The position numbers and the translations under genes were made by a program. Shown piece after piece: positions 61,701 to 64,000 of a stretch of 64,000 nt of DNA; within the stretch, counting starts at the first letter, position 1; each line of letters opens with the position of its first letter. Source of the stretch: Balanoglossus misakiensis (lineage: Eukaryota; Animalia; Hemichordata); NCBI GenBank assembly GCA_040954595.2, contig CM082588.2, positions 3,846,156-3,910,155 of the forward strand, given 5' to 3'. The notes under the pieces were generated by a model. That model ran no database searches. It had not been told where the DNA came from and saw only the letters and a list, made by a program, of their open reading frames with translations.

Positions 61701-64000
61701 ATCAAATTTGGCCCCGCTGTCCAATTATGTAACGCAGAGCTGGACAATGACTCATCTCTGGAAATCATCATTTGCATTGAATGGATTTGCGCGACAGCCC
61801 TGGAGATCTTCAGTCACGCTTTCTGCTCATGCGAATCTGTGTGCCAAGAATGACGTGTCATTTTCTCTCTTCAGGATCACAGAACACACGAGTCCCCGTG
61901 GCTCTGACCGGGTGCCCCGAGGGACGACGGTCGGGAAATAACACATCAGTCTATCCCCTGACTTGAGAGATTTGATCTTAAAGAAAGTCAGCTTTCTGTG
62001 TATGTTACAGGCAGATATTTGTTCAACTGTCTTCAGTAAATACGCAGTGATGGAAAAGGCTATCAACCGAGCCCCGTACAATCGATGGTTTTCCGCTCAT
62101 TGCGAGTCGTCGCGAGACTTGGTTAATTACCGTAGCAACGGGATGCTAGCCAAGAAATACATGCCAAACCTACACCTTGCTACACCTTGGACCCACTTCA
62201 AAGGAAGAAATGTTTTGATTTTTATGGCGAGTCGGAATTAGCCAGAGATTCAAAAGACGCAGCCCTACATCTGGCCAAATTCTTCCCCAGGCTGCGCAGC
62301 GATTTCCAATAACGCTTGTGCTAAATGACGTGACTTCGCACTTCCAAAGTTGTTCCGAAGAAAATTGCATTCAGTCAATTTATTTCCGATTGAAGTACGC
62401 TGTCACGATAGCTTAAATCAAGGCTAACCGATCCATTTTACCTGGTTGCCCGGCAACGGATAATTGTATTCCGAGAAAGACATACAGGCCCTTAATGTAG
62501 AATAGGTATATTAAAGGCAACATTATTATTTGGTGTGTATTTAAAACTAATATCTAATATTATTAGTATGAACGACTCGATATTTTAGACGCAATTCTAG
62601 GACAATCGAATTTTCCTCGCTAAATATGCAAATTACACGTTTGTAATTAGCAGTGTTTTACATCGTTACGTAAAGCAGACTAAATGACCAGTGACAGTAG
62701 CAGGGTCAAACCTTTATTCACACCTCTGTGAGGTCATCATCTGGTTGACCTCTGAACTGAAATTCTGCAAATCAAAGTTATGTAGCTGACAGCCCTCGCC
62801 GTGCTTACGTGTACGTGTCTCTTTGAACGTTGCTTCTAAATAAAATCTATCCTCGCGATAGAGGCTGCAGTGAAACTTCTGGCCTATTTATTGATGACCT
62901 TCATTCCAAAGTCACAAGACAAGACAATCTATTTACCAAGCACCAGGTAAGCGTCACAAGGCTGAACGCTGAAGGCGATTCTGGGGCCGGGACAATGGAC
63001 CTGTGTCCTCGTATCAACGCTATTCAGTATGACACTATAGTCACCCTGCGTCCCAAGTGACCTGCCGGCCAAAATCAATACCAGGGGACATTCATGGCGA
63101 TTGAATGAAGCATTCATAAACTCGCTGAAAAGAAAAGCAAATACCCGGATGAACCTTCGCGGATCAAGAATCCAAGTGGATGGCCTTGCTGCTGATATCC
63201 TTTTCGTGAAAGCGCCCCCACAAAGTATTGCTTTAACGTTTTCTTGAAACATGTGGATGGCGCTGTTGAACCACAAACTGGTGATTTCATCGCGGTTTTG
63301 TCCGGCCAAGCAAGTTGCTCAGGTTTCGCCAGTTTCTCCACTTCCCTCCAGTGACGTTGGATGTACGTCTATCATTTCTACTTGGCCTAAACACAGCTTT
63401 CCATACTGTGGGCGTCTATACACGTCGACCTTTCCATGTTTTCAACGTTAAGCCATAGTGATTTATAAGTACTTCAGTAATAGAGAAACACATGAAATTT
63501 TTATAACAGTTCTTCAGCAAATTTTAATGGCTTCCCCTTTTACTTGATGGCAAAAGAAAAAGTATTCTATAATGACGCCGACTGCACTATAATAAAAAAA
63601 ATCTGCTCGCTAGAAATATCCGACGGCCTTGTCTTTTCCAAGCTGTCATTTTTCACGATCTCTACATCTAATCCCTCGATTATATCTCGTACGCGAAGGG
63701 AATTATTTCTGGAGGGCCACTGAATAGTTATATGGGAGTAAAAGGACATTTATGTTGGTTAAGAGCTGCCTTTTGCAGTCCTGTGTCGTCGGGAGCAACA
63801 CAGCGCCTCCCCACGGCGGAGAAACGGCACCACCACTCATCCACTTTCCATTATGAATAAGCGACGTGAATGGGGCGCGTTGAATAAACGACTGGTTTCA
63901 GCTGCCCAAGGTGACAGTATGAGCCGAGTGACGAAATTGTTCTATCATGGCTGCCAGTGGCTGACGGGCTGCGCTGAGAGGCGTTCTTCATTCGCACGAA

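Noticed and set aside
61669-61810. 11-bp inverted repeat AAGATCTCCAG...CTGGAGATCTT as a MITE
   Set aside because: Short, single copy in the window, no clear target-site duplication.
1-64000. CRISPR arrays, rRNA, transposase or reverse-transcriptase genes
   Set aside because: None seen; the DNA is eukaryotic and no ORF carries such motifs.

Overview
Eukaryotic, intron-containing deuterostome DNA; the Brachyury N-terminus ([24 protein letters not shown]...KGDP) suggests a hemichordate or other ambulacrarian (inference). From left to right: (1) a complete 13-exon minus-strand gene for an uncharacterised ~577-aa protein (433-6803), head-to-head across ~300 bp with (2) a 17-exon UFL1 gene (7103-11886); (3) ~13 kb of non-coding DNA rich in Su(H), TCF and posterior Hox/Cdx motifs; (4) a 7-exon Brachyury gene on the minus strand (24982-30111); (5) a tandem, co-oriented array of seven immunoglobulin-superfamily membrane receptor genes with intronless coding regions (36.0-58.8 kb). 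The array is the most unusual element. All seven share a V-type domain followed by a C-type domain with an extra cysteine pair (CTX/CAR-like). Their tails differ sharply: a canonical ITAM, an ITAM-like pair, an ITIM, a YxxP plus palmitoylation-type tail, and near-tailless forms. This resembles a paired activating/inhibitory receptor or allorecognition complex next to Brachyury. Exon boundaries were assembled by eye and no database searches were run.
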